A DNA stretch of 64,000 nucleotides from Octopus sinensis (taxonomy: Eukaryota): NCBI RefSeq assembly GCF_006345805.1, contig NC_043000.1, positions 153,698,001-153,762,000 of the forward strand, written 5' to 3'. The notes under the pieces were generated by a model. The model worked only from the letters and a program-made list of their open reading frames with translations. It did not search any database and was not told where the DNA came from. This document shows, piece by piece, positions 49,991-63,289 of the stretch (its first letter is position 1; every line of letters starts with the position of its first letter). Position numbers and translations under genes: made by a program.

Positions 49991-50345
49991 CATACATACA
50001 TATATACATACATACATATATACATACATATATACATACATACATACATATGTATATACATACTTATATGCATACATACATACACTCATACATACATATA
50101 TACATACATATATGCATGCATACATACATATATACATACATACAAACATACATATATACATACATATATACATACAAACATATAAACATACATACATATA
50201 TACATACATATATGCAGGTATCCATACATATATACAAACATACAAGCAAACATACATACATATATACATACATATATGCATGCATACATACATACATACA
50301 TACATACATACATACCGTATACATACATAACATACATACATATAC
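49945..50345. repeat. (CATA)n degenerate microsatellite
   Basis: Direct reading. Confidence 0.95.
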
Positions 50346-51395
50346 TCATAAATAGATATAAACAAACCTATAGGCATTCGTTGATACAGACATGTGTCTC
50401 TGTGTAAGTTTACCGAAGCAGCATTAATTGAAAAATATAATATATACTATATAATTGTACATACATACTATACAATTGTAAACGCGCAGGCGCGCGCGTG
50501 TGTGTATGACCTGAAGTAAGAAAGGGGAAAACCTTAAGTAACAATAACAAGCGAATTTTTTTTACTGAAACATGCGACCAACATTTATCTCAGAACGTCA
50601 CAGTCTATTGCATTGATACTCTACTCCACACGTTGTTGCTATTATAACTATTATTACGACGGGTATATTTTCATCCACAGATGTTCCCGATGAAATCTAA
50701 ACGAAAGTAATGATTATAAGCATAATATTGCAGTTCATGTGATTCGGTATCTTATCTTTTGCTTGAAGTTACCAACCTTCTAAATAACTGCTTCTACGAG
50801 TCAACGAGGAAGTCTCTAAGTGCGCCGACACCGACAGCGTCTAAGTGATAACACATCCTGCTAAATGTAACAGCTACATCGCCTTAAAACCGCACTCTTC
50901 TTTCTAAAAAAGGAAGCTCACAATATTTCCCTCAATTTACTGAAACAGATGCAAAGACGTCTGTATAATCACTGACCAGTGGCTTCAATATCTTGGTCAT
51001 ACTACTGTCGGAAAGAGCTGACCCGCGGCTAAGTAACAATCATTATAACTTCAATATTACATAAAGAAAAACTTTCTTGGGACAACATGGAAGCTACAGA
51101 AACCTGTAACAATAAATAACATATGTGAAAATAAAAAGATGGACACGATAGCGATAGTTCATCAAAGATTCGATCACATGAGATTATCCACGGAATTAAT
51201 AGATAAAATCCTGTTTTAGACCTATTTAAGATTAGCAACCAAAGGAGATAACTTAGCGCTTCGGTAAAAAAAAGATCGATAGAATAAGTCCTAGGTTTGA
51301 TTTGTTTGACTAAAAATCCTTCAAGGCAGGGTTCCAGCACGACCATAGTCAAATGATTGAAACAAGTAAAAGAATAAAATATATATATATATTCA

Positions 51396-51566
51396 TACGC
51401 AGGAGTGGCTGTGTGGTAAGTAGCTAGCTAACCAACCACATGGTTCCGGGTTCAGTCCCACTGCGTGGCATCTTGGGCAAGTGTCTTCTGCTATAGCCCC
51501 GGGCCGACCAATGCCTTGTGAGTGGATTTGGTAGACGGAAACTGAAAGAAGCCTGTCGTATATATG

Positions 51567-51603
<37 letters not shown>

Positions 51604-51825
51604 TTGTGTGTCTGTGTTTGTCCCCCTAGCATTGCTTGACAACCGATGCTGGTGTGTTTACGTCCCCGTTACCTAGCGGTTCGGCAAAAAGAGACCTATA
51701 GAATAAGTACTGGGCTTACAAAGAATAAGTCCCGGGGTCGATTTGCTCGACTAAAGGCGGTGCTCCAGCATGGCCGTAGTCAAATGACTGAAACAAGCAA
51801 AAGAGTAAAGAGTAAAGAGAGTATA
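51396..51825 (+). mobile_element. OK-like SINE, full length
   Basis: Close to family consensus; preceded by a degenerate 3' fragment at ~51260-51385. Confidence 0.87.
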
Positions 51826-52436
51826 CATACATATCTATACATATAAATTTGACATGGGCGATTCTTTCTTGTCCTGGGATTCACGGTCAAACGGCTGGGT
51901 GGAATTTCGGGAACAATTACACAGATGTGTTGAATGATCCGGTTGTGATGCTGGGCTTTGCCTTTTTCATAGCTCCCATAGGTACCGAGATGATCTACTA
52001 TAATAATACCTGTTTATGAATGAGAAAGGAAGGGTGATAGATGAATAAGGAAGGAAGAGGTGATGTCATACTTGGTAGTGGGATGATGAAAATTGTACGC
52101 TGAAAAAATAAATCAAACAGCGTTTCAACTGTGTGAATATATGTGTGTGTATCTAAAAGGTGGGGTATGTGAATGTGTTTATGTGCGCGTGTGCGCGTAA
52201 TAGAAGTGGGATGGTTCATCTTTGTTCGCTTAGTATTTGGGTTTATCTTTTTGATTTGGTTGAATCTTGGCTTGTTTGTTTTGTTGGTCAATTATTTTTA
52301 GCGTTTTGACAGAAAAAAGTCGTTCAAATATTGTTTTTTAACGTAAGCGTACCCAAACAAGTCAAATACACAGATCAGGTTTTACAGTCACATCATCCAA
52401 CCGACCGGTGAGACCGGGCTTAGCAGCTAGTATATA

Positions 52437-52511
<75 letters not shown>

Positions 52512-52567
52512 TATATATATATAATATATATATAATATATATATATATATAATATATATATATATAT

Positions 52568-52970
52568 ATGGCTGTGTGGTAGGTAGCTTGCTTACGAACC
52601 ACATGGTTCTGGATGGGTTCAGTCCCACTGCGTGGCACCTGGGCAAGTGTCTTCTACTATAGCCTTGGGCTGACCAAAGCCTTGTGAGTGGATTTGGTAG
52701 ACGGAAACTGACAGAAGCCCGTCGCATATATGTATATATATATGTATGTGTATGTATATATGTTTGTGTGTCTGTGTTTCCCCCCGCCAACATCACTTGA
52801 CAACCGATGCTGTTGTGTTTACGTCCCCGTAACTTAGCGGTTCAGGAAAGATACTGATAGAATAAGTACTAGGCTTACAAAGAATAACTCCAGGGGGCGA
52901 TTTGCTCAACTAAAGGTGGCGTTCAAGCATGGCCACAGTCAAAAGGCTGAAACAAGTAAAAGAGTAAAGA
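52568..52970 (+). mobile_element. OK-like SINE
   Basis: Family match; embedded in (TA)n. Confidence 0.85.
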
Positions 52971-52975
52971 GTATA

Positions 52976-53033
<58 letters not shown>

Positions 53034-53619
53034 ACGGCAAAGAGCAATTGAACTGGTCGGACTTGAAAATCGACGGCAGCAACCATAGTTATTCTAGCAG
53101 TGGAACACAATCGCCGAATCAACATTACGTCGTTATATTTCTGCATCACTTTTCCTTGATGCTGGAAGAAGGAAGGGTAAACATGGCTGTGATGAGATTT
53201 TGTCACTCCATCGCCAATGGCTTCTAAAAACAATAACAGTGAGATTCGAAAATAGGTTTTACGAAAGAATATATGCAAACATGAAACGTTGTATTTACAC
53301 CCTTCAGTACTCTCTCCATAAGCTCTCTCTCTGATGTTGGAAACAATAATTTCAATATCCATTTTAAGAATATTTGCAAAAGTTGGTTAGATTATCGTAG
53401 ACTGTTTCGGTTATGACAGAAACATTACTAAAGATTGAGTCATGTACATATATTTGAGTTACATTTTCTACAGACAGTACTTCTTTCTAATGAAGTTATG
53501 ATTAGTAAAATAACCATTCCAATGCAACAGACAACCGAGCAAGTACGCGTAAAATGTTCCTGTAGAATGTTCCTATACAAAAAATTCAGATAACATAACA
53601 ACTAGACAGAACATACATA

Positions 53620-53910
53620 TGACGTCCATACATACATACATACATACATACATACATACATCATCTGCATACATACATACATACATACATACATACATAC
53701 ATACATACATAAATACTACATACATACATACATACATACATGCATACATACATACATACATACTACATACATACATACATACATACATGCATACTACATA
53801 CATACAATACATACATTACATACATACTAATGCATACATACATACATCATACATCCATACATACATACAACATACATACATACATACATACATACATACA
53901 TACATACATA
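53620..53910. repeat. (CATA)n microsatellite
   Basis: Direct reading. Confidence 0.95.
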
Positions 53911-54032
53911 CGCAACATTTACGATAGTCTTAGAACAAAGGAAACTTGTAATCACATAACTATGCTTTATATATTTTACATATTAATACATGTGTATGTG
54001 TATACTGTTATATGTATGTACATGTATGCATT

Positions 54033-54070
<38 letters not shown>

Positions 54071-54097
54071 TATTATTATTATCATTATTACTATTAC

Positions 54098-54130
<33 letters not shown>

Positions 54131-54534
54131 GATTATTATGTAAGACGGTGAATTGGCAGTGCGGATGCAATCTTGGTAAAAATACCTTACGGTGTTTCTT
54201 CTGCCTTTTTGCATTCTGAGTTCTAATCTGGCCGAGGTTAACCCTCTACATCCATACTTCCTTTGCCGATAAATATACAATACCAGTGAAGTACTAAGGG
54301 TGATGTTATCGATTAAAATGTCTCTTCAAAATTGCTGGCCTTGTGCTTAAATTAGGAACATTCAGAATAACATTCAAAGTAAACTTCTTTAATACTGTCC
54401 CTCATTTTCAATGAACTGATCCTCCTCGCGATTGAAGCAGGGACAATAATACCTAAGTTCGAATATTTGCAAGCACTTGCGTATTACAATCAGGTGTCGA
54501 AATTTCGTTGGTTACTTTTTTTTTTTTTTTTTTT

Positions 54535-54912
54535 TACTTGTTTCAGTCATTTGACTGCGGCCATGCTGGAGCACCGCCTTTAATCGAGCAAATCGACCCC
54601 GGGACTTATTCTTTGTAAGCCCAGTACTTCTTCTATCGTTCCCTTTTGCCGAACCGCTAAGTGACGGGGACGTAACACACCAGCATCGGTTGTCAAGCAA
54701 TGATAGAGGAACAAACACAGACACACAAACACACACACATATATATATATACATATATACGACAGGCTTCTTTCAGTTTCCGTCTACCAAATCCACTCAT
54801 AAGGCATTGGTCGGCCCGGGGCTATAGTAGAAGACACTTGCCCAAGATGCCACGCAGTGGGACTCAACCCGGAACCATGTGGTTGGTTAGCAAGCTACTT
54901 ACCACACAGTCA
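54535..54912 (-). mobile_element. OK-like SINE
   Basis: Family match. Confidence 0.85.
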
Positions 54913-55237
54913 CTCAAAAACTGTTCGAAACTACGTCTACGATTCATTTATTGAATCGACTTGTAAAGAACAAGTAGCTGAGAAGAAAGTAGTTTGTTTC
55001 CCAACCACACGGTCCTGGGTTCGGTTTCGCTGCGTTGAGCCTTGCACAAGTGTCCTCCGCCATGGCCCCGAGATTGTGATTGGATTTGGTAGACAGAAAT
55101 GAAAGAAACCCATTGTTTGTCTACATGTGTATACATGCATACATATATATACAAACATTCATACACACACATGCACGCATGTACACACACACACACACAC
55201 ACACATGTATGTATATGTGTGTGTGTGTGTGTGTGAA

Positions 55238-55555
55238 TGCGCGTGGCTTAGTGGTTAGGGGCATTCGGCTCATGATCGTAAGGTCGTGAGTTCAATTCCC
55301 GGCGGCGCGTTGTGTCCTTGAGCAAGACACTTTATTTCACGTTGCTCCAAATCTACTCCGCTGGCAAAATTGAGTTGTACCTGTATTTCAAAGGGTCAGC
55401 CTTGTCACACTCTGTGTCACGCTGAATCTCCCCGAGAACTACGTTAAGGGTACACATGTCTGTGGAGTGCTCAGCCACTTGCACGTTGATTTCACGAGCA
55501 AGCTGTTCCGTTGATCGTATCAGCTGGGACCCTCATCATCGCAACGGAGTGTTTG
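55238..55555 (+). mobile_element. tRNA-derived SINE (CTTGAGCAAG core, tail shared with 16540 copy)
   Basis: A/B-box head GTGGCTTAGTGG..GAGTTCAATTCCC; tail identity by direct comparison. Confidence 0.8.
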
Positions 55556-55894
55556 TATACATATATATATATATATATATACAAACAAATATGTATGTAT
55601 GCACGTATATATACACACATATATATGTATGTGTGTGTATATATATATATATTATATATATATATATATATATACTATAACGTGTATGCATGTCTTTGTG
55701 AAGAGTTTTGTCTCCACCACCGCTTGTTGGATTGTTTACGTCCCCGTAGTTTAGAGAGTCAACAAAACAGGATGATAGAATAAGCACCACGCTTTCAAAA
55801 ATAAGCACAGTTTGTTCGACTTTAAGGAGGTGCCCTTACATGGCCACATTTTAATTATTGGATCAGGACATATATATATATATTATATATTAGT

Positions 55895-56090
55895 TATCCA
55901 AACAAGAAAACACAAAAAACAACAACAACGCGACGACGTGGAACAAATAAAGTATTATTGAACGCTCAGGAAGAAAGGGAAGAGGAGGGTTAAACGTTTC
56001 GAGCGAGCTCTTCGTCGGAAATAGGAGAAGGAAAGATCCCGAGAAGGGAAGACAGAGGGAAAAAAAATCGCCAACGGTACACACGAGGTG
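55895..56090 (-). mobile_element. Penelope-like pLTR remnant with degenerate hammerhead
   Basis: Homolog of 5041-5250; (TA)n flanks. Confidence 0.7.
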
Positions 56091-56092
56091 AC

Positions 56093-56181
<89 letters not shown>

Positions 56182-56445
56182 ATATGTATATATATACAAA
56201 AATATATAATAATAATATATATATATATTTTATGTGTGTGTGTATGTGTGTATGTTTGTGTATTTCAGTGCGTTTAAGCCAAAGCAACAGTGTATTCAGG
56301 GTTTCTTCCACCACACCCATACACACCACACATGCACACACACACATACACACATACTCGCGCGTGCTCACACACGAACACGCACATACACACATGCACA
56401 CACACATATAGATTTATAATACATATATATATATCAGTATGTGGT

Positions 56446-56482
<37 letters not shown>

Positions 56483-56553
56483 TATATTATATATATATAT
56501 ATACATATATCATGTATGGTGTATATATTTTTAGAAATAACTTATATATACAT

Positions 56554-56590
<37 letters not shown>

Positions 56591-56814
56591 TCCACACACA
56601 CACACACAACGCACACTCACACATATGAATTATAAATACCTGTTTTGTTTTGTTTTTGCGTATGACTTATAGGTGCTGGTGCGTTTCTTAATTTACGTGC
56701 GCAGAATGTGAGAACGGGATTGGCAGATAATGAGATTGGTATGAAAGAGTAAGGTATTCCACATTAGGTATACACGGGGAGAAGAAAACAAGAGGTAAAA
56801 ATAACGATGTCCTT

Positions 56815-56926
56815 AATGATGACGATGACGATGATAATGATTACTATGATGATGATGATGATGATGATGATGATTATGATGATGATGGTGGTGGTGGTGG
56901 TGGTGGTGATGATGATGATGATGATG

Positions 56927-56957
<31 letters not shown>

Positions 56958-57035
56958 TAATAGTAATATAAATAATAATAATGATAATTGTAATAATAAT
57001 AATAATAATAATGATAATAATAATAATAATAGTAA
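56815..57035. repeat. Compound (GAT)/(GGT)/(AAT) microsatellite
   Basis: Direct reading. Confidence 0.95.
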
Positions 57036-57684
57036 TGAAGTCGACGAGTTGCGGTTGAAGTGAATTATGATGATATGTCTTGATAGTGAGGAAAATATAT
57101 TGACGATGATGGTATATATTGATAGTTCTTATGATAACGGCAATTATTAGATCTCATTAGTGGAATTTTTAAAATGATGATGCAGTTGCTGCCCCTTCCC
57201 TGCCTTTTCATATTGGCATCATCGGTGATGATCATTTTGAAAATGCTGGGAAGAATGGTAGTTGGTTCGATTCTTATCTTAGAGCGATATTATCTTTCGG
57301 TCACAAATTTGTCATAAAGATTATGAATAATGCGATAGGTCGGATTTTAGCCCCGGGATTTTACAATATTTCAAGTCTTCCAAAACCAGTATTGCGTCTA
57401 AAACTACTCTGATGCCAAAGGCAGGATCACTAATTCCGTTCATGTCAAACAGCCTTAGTAAAAGTTCAAGCCTTGTCTGAGAATATACGAGTCAAATGTT
57501 TGTGCTCGATGCACAATTCATATGAAGTTGGATATTCCGAAAGTCAACATATATGGTAAAAATAAAAAGTACACACAATCATATTTCATCTTTAAAATGT
57601 TATATACTAATAACACGACATAAGAAATATAATGCGATCAAATCACAAATTGTACGTATCAAATTCTAGGACTACAAACAAAAT

Positions 57685-57702
57685 GGATGGATGGATGGAT
57701 GA

Positions 57703-57785
<83 letters not shown>

Positions 57786-57794
57786 TATATATAT

Positions 57795-57839
<45 letters not shown>

Positions 57840-57848
57840 CAGACAGAC

Positions 57849-57914
<66 letters not shown>

Positions 57915-57926
57915 AGATAGATAGAG
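57685..57926. repeat. (GGAT)/(GATA)n microsatellite
   Basis: Direct reading. Confidence 0.95.
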
Positions 57927-58809
57927 TTATCCATTACTTTTCATCTTTACTCAGCACATTGGTGACTCTGGGCGTCACCATACATATAGAAAGCGTGTAA
58001 ACGTGGAAAGTACGTTTTCGATGTAAAAATATGTAATCATATATTCAGTTGGGCTTTATCAAAACAAGTACATCCATAGGGTATGTTATCTCTGGACGAA
58101 TACGGCTGCATCTTGCACTGTCAACGATGTATTCATATCAAATATAATAGATAGAGGACTATTTTAATAGGATATTATTTCTATTTCACTCACATAAAGG
58201 ATTTTTATTCAGATAGGTGGTTATTAATAATACCAATGAATGTTTTAATTATTGTTTCCTATATATCGGAGGCGACAAATTTCGTCTTGGCATGGGGCTG
58301 GCTGTAAGTACACACCGTGGATAAGGCCCAATTAGGTCCGAAATCCATCGGATGTTCCCACGAACCGCTGCCGGATATGTTATCCTTGAACAAATAACGC
58401 AGTAACTTGCCTACCAACGATGTATTCACATTTAATACTATAGATTTATATAAATACACACGCAATATGTGTGTGTGTGTGTGTGTGTATACGCACAAAA
58501 TAGTGCAACGTAGGGCATCGGCCAACAAGTTGCTTGAACAAACAAGTAATTTCCATACTATTAATACATATATTATTAAAGATCTCCTATTAAGTAGAGT
58601 AACAGAACTGTAGATAGAAGGCAATGACTCTACAACGATGAAACTGTTTTAGTTCCGACACACGACCTCACGTCAAATCTCCAGCAAAAGAAAAGCTTTA
58701 TATACATATTCATACTTAAACAATTCCATATATCTCTACACAACATATATGTGTCTACTTCTGTCTCTTCATTCCTTCACCCTCTGGTACACTCCCTCTA
58801 TATATAGCT

Positions 58810-58833
58810 TTATGTGTGTGTGTATGTATATAT

Positions 58834-58864
<31 letters not shown>

Positions 58865-58908
58865 ATATATTATATATATATATATATTTGTATGTATGTA
58901 CATAAGTA

Positions 58909-58965
<57 letters not shown>

Positions 58966-58973
58966 GTTATAAA

Positions 58974-59020
<47 letters not shown>

Positions 59021-59150
59021 TATATATATTTACGTATGTGTGAGTGAGTATGTGCGTGTGTATGCGTATGTGTATGTATGTACACACACACAGACATACA
59101 CAAACACATACACATATATATTATATATATATATATATACATACATATAC
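58810..59150. repeat. (TA)n-rich compound microsatellite
   Basis: Direct reading. Confidence 0.92.
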
Positions 59151-59694
59151 GCGCCCACATATAATTCAGCGCTATTAATAAATCTACAGAGAAATTTAAC
59201 CATTCCCTTTCCTTTCTCAGCCTCTTTAATATTGTGCCATTCGATATGTGAGAAACCCCCTTTTTGCTTTCAGATTCCTGGCTCCTTTCCCAAAATAGAA
59301 TCATTGTCTCTGACCATAATACTGTTGTTCTCCGAATAAATAATATCGCGCAATTCGCCTGCGTTTTAAAAGTTTTCCAGAATCACCATCTGAGACAATT
59401 TATGGCACATCACAACGCCAGCAATTTCTCTCGTACATAACAGTAATAAAATGTAAACAGTAAAAGAAATCGACTGCTGTAGTACCCTGTGAGTGTGTGA
59501 AAACACACACACACACACACATACACAACACACACAACCACACACACAGAAACAAAGGCAAAAAACACATGTACAAAAAACACGTATAAATATATATATA
59601 TAATACGCATGTATAAACCTAAGCAGATTTCGCAAAAGTAGACGTTCATCACTTTATAGATATGTGTGTATATATACATACATATATATATATA

Positions 59695-60020
59695 TGTGGT
59701 TAGAGCGTCGAGCTTACGATCGTGAGGTTGTGAGCTCGAATCCCGGACCGTGCTGCGTGTTGTGTTCTTGAGCAAGGCACTTTATTTCACGTTGCTCCAG
59801 TTCACTCAGCTGTAGAAATGAGTTGCGACGTCACTGGTGCCAAGCTGTATCGACCTTTGTTTTTCCCTTGGATAACACTGGTGGCGTGGAGAGGGGAGGC
59901 CGGTATGCATGGGCGACTGCTGGTCTTCCATAAACAACCTTGCCCGGACTTGTGTCTAGGAGGGTAACTTTCTAGGTGCAATCCCATGGTCACTCATGAC
60001 CGAAGGGGTCTTTACCTCTT
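59695..60020 (+). mobile_element. tRNA-derived SINE (CTTGAGCAAG core, third tail type)
   Basis: Head/core like 55238; tail ..CAATCCCATGGTCACTCATGACCGAAGGGG. Confidence 0.75.
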
Positions 60021-60079
60021 TTATATATATATATATGTATGCGTGTGTGTATGTGTATCTGTGTGTGCGTTTATATATA

Positions 60080-60142
<63 letters not shown>

Positions 60143-60318
60143 AACGTGAAGTTGTAAGGTACCGCATGAGTGGAATTATATATGAAAGGAGGTTTGAAAA
60201 TGCAATTTTAAAAGATGTTTATTCACTTGACCGAGTGTTATACGAGTGAGTGCAGGGCGGTTGTGAGAGTTAGTTCTCTAGGTTATAACAATCCCCTAAT
60301 TACATCTTAAACTTTAAT

Positions 60319-60659
60319 TTGTCCGTAGATAGTACAGCGTCATCCCTTTCCATAACTAACTCACGTAAGACAGATAGCTGCAACTGCCGGTCTGGGAACG
60401 AATGCCCGTTGCAAGCCCATTGCAGAAGGTTTAACGTTGTATATAAATACATTGTGTGCAACATATTGCACAATTCTACTAGTCATTACATCGGGTCGAC
60501 TATTAATTTTAAGCAGTGATATTCTGCACATCTGAACTCATTTAAATATGAGGAGCATAGCAAATCTACGTCCCTTGCCAACTACATGCACCATCTGATG
60601 AATAGGAAAATATCATAATAGATTCTGGTGTCCTTTGCCTGGAAGAAGCCCTCCAAATA
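60319..60659 (+). pseudogene. Penelope-like GIY-YIG endonuclease remnant, 5' part
   Basis: CNCRSGNECPLQAHC..VVYK..YIGST.NFKQ*YSAH..SF, then LCLEEALQI after a frameshift. Confidence 0.85.
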
Positions 60660-62701
60660 CACTGGTCAACAAAGCTAGAAACATTGTGATTTGGATTTCC
60701 TGCAGTGTTTCTATCTGGTTGATTACAGTAAAGTGCCCAGCAGTAGTCAGCCAGCATACTGCCATTCCAGAAGCCTTGGTACTGTTTCTCCATAGCACTA
60801 ATGTCTAGGTGAAATCCTTCACCATGTTTATCAGACACTGCTCTAAAGTTATCTGCGAAGAAATCTAGATAGGCGTCCAAGAAGTGAACTTTCAGTGACA
60901 TGCGATAAGCTATTGCTGAGTAACATTTGAGAAGATTCTTGATGCCATCCTTGTAGACCATTGCCTTCTTGTTGCCCAAGAAATACTCACAGATCCAATT
61001 GAAAGCATTCCAGGGAGGCAGTTCCAGTTCATCCAGTGTTGTCTTGAAGTTGATATCGTTCAGTGCTTCTCTAATTTGGGGTCCAACAAAGATACACTCT
61101 TTCAACTTCGCCTGTCTGATTATGGGAAACTTTTCTACAATGTACTCGAACTCTCTGGCATTGTCTTTACAAACTGTTTCATCAGTCCAAGCTTTATGTT
61201 CAAAGGAGGCAAGACGCCAGACAGTCCTGGCTGGTATGATGTTATTGCCTGCTTGTTTGATTCCGAATGATGTCTGTCAGTTGCCCGACTATCCTATAGA
61301 CACAAGAAACAGTATTTCGTGAAACTCTGACTGCATTCTCATTAACATTCCAATGATTTTTAAATCTCCACATATTTTCCATGAGTATCTTTCATAGGCA
61401 TTGGCATGAAGTAAAAGTTCCATATTCTCATAAGATTCATAAAGATGAACGGAATGTGCAATAAGAATGGAGAGCTTCAAATTACCATTATGGAGAAATA
61501 AAGCTTTTAAACTTCGTTTTCAAGAGTCAATAAACAAACGCCACTCTGCAGAATCATGATTTTATGATAAACATTCAAAAACTCCGTCGATGTTACTGCA
61601 AAAGCAAAGGAGTCCTTCAACAGAAAAACACGTTTGTAGAACCACATTTCTCTGCCGAAAATAAGTTATACTAACACCGTGCTCTAGTAAATACTTCTTC
61701 TTCAGTCTTGATGCCAACAGTTCTGCTTTATCTTTTTTGAGGGATAGGTCTCTGACAAGGTCACTCGGTTCAGCTTGGGAAAATTTCTGAGGTTCAAATC
61801 TATCGTCATCAGCCACGTAATCAACCTCAGCAGCACTATCGTGACAATAAGAATTGTCATCTGATGTTCCAATGCCGTCATCTGGTGGAACTGGAATTAG
61901 CAGAATTCCATTGTGCGGCAAAGGTCTCATTTCAGAATCCAAATTGGGATGGATTCACAATTTTCTGCTTATTCTTCATAGAAAATCGTCTGATATTTAC
62001 TTCGCAAAAATAACAGTCATAAAAAATGGTCTTTCGGCTCCCTCCATATCACTGGGATGGCAAAAGACATGGACTTATTATTATTGAACCAATCACATAA
62101 GCCATTTCAACAAGCTGAGCAGATAAAATAAGGTTCTCATAACTTGTCTTGAACTCCAAGAGGACAATCAGAGTATAGCTTATAAATCTTCTTGATCTTT
62201 GGTGTTATTGTACGTTTTTTAGCTTTCACAATAATTTGTCCACATACATGACAAAACACATCAGGTCGATTTCTACACTGTTTTGACATTGTTAACACTG
62301 TAAAACAAGTAAGGAAATAGATACAAACGGTCGTATTTATATTGAATTTGATATGATGAAATATTTCATCAGACCAATTATGACTGGACAAGTTGAGATG
62401 TTGTAATACCTATTTCATCAGACAAAACTTGATTGGTTAATTTAAGATGATGACATATTGCATCTGAACTATACAACAATGAATAATGTACTTTACTTTA
62501 AAGGTGCTTCCATGATATAAATGAAATACATGTATACACATCATTAATTGGAATTTCTATATAATACAAAACCAAAATACTTTCTCATCTTGAAAAATGT
62601 ACGTGATATCAAAAAACTAATTGTATACTTGAAATCAGCATTAAAAACTACGCTAAGTACACCTTGACATATACTTGATGAAAAATACTTGTTGACCGGT
62701 G
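60660..62701 (-). mobile_element. Chapaev3-like (CMC superfamily) DNA transposon, decayed
   Basis: TIRs CACTGGTCAACAA / CACCGGTCAACAA (12 of 13 match); 3-bp TSD ATA; single transposase remnant. Superfamily from recalled CAC termini, 3-bp TSD and protein motifs. Confidence 0.75.
60675..62289 (-). pseudogene. Transposase pseudogene (~540 codons)
   Basis: MSKQCRNRPDVFCHVCG..LGVQDK, IWREPKDH..DCYFC, DLVRDLSL.KDKAELLASRL, ICGDLK, FVGPQIR, MSLKVHFL..LDFF..VSDKHGEGFH.DI..MEKQYQG.W..SMLADYCW; stops and frameshifts. Confidence 0.88.
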
Positions 62702-62810
62702 ATATTAATCCATAATTCAGCACAATTACTCAATAAACAGCATGAAGTATTCTCTACATGTAAACATAAGCTCTATCGTAACTTTAGATTCTTCCATAGT
62801 TCCAAATGTA
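62702..62810 (+). pseudogene. Penelope-like endonuclease remnant, 3' part
   Basis: ILIHNSAQLLNKQHEVFSTCKH continues the frame broken at 60659. Confidence 0.8.
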
Positions 62811-63289
62811 AGCAAAATCAACACACATAACACTTGCCTATATACATCCTCAGTCGTTACAACACGTCTTTTTTCTTTTCTTACATCAATCAGCATAAGT
62901 ATTTTAGAAGTTAGCTAGATGCAATAATCTTTTTAATTTTTAATCTATAATCTTTTACTTTTTAAGTTTTAATTTTTAATTATTTAAATTTTATCCGTTT
63001 TTTCTTTACCCTTTATCCCTTCTCCCTTAATTTAGGCATCTATTTTTAGTTATTTTTTGCCTTCCTTGCTGGCCACCCTCACTCTGTTGTTTGTAAAATG
63101 CCAGTCGACACACATCTGTTGTCATCAACACTATTATTTCTTGAATGAGTACAAAGCTACGCATTCGCATACGCCAGTCGATTGAATTGACCATGAGTAG
63201 GGGTTATTCTCTTGAAAGCAGATTGAAACAGTCTTCTCCGGGCTTGGAGATCGAAATCAGAATGCAAAGATAAGCAACTAAATATTACT

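Noticed and set aside
60566-60674. C-terminal extension of ORF 60566..61105
   Set aside because: Frameshift read-through across the TIR into flanking Penelope DNA; the reconstructed transposase stop is at 60675-60677.
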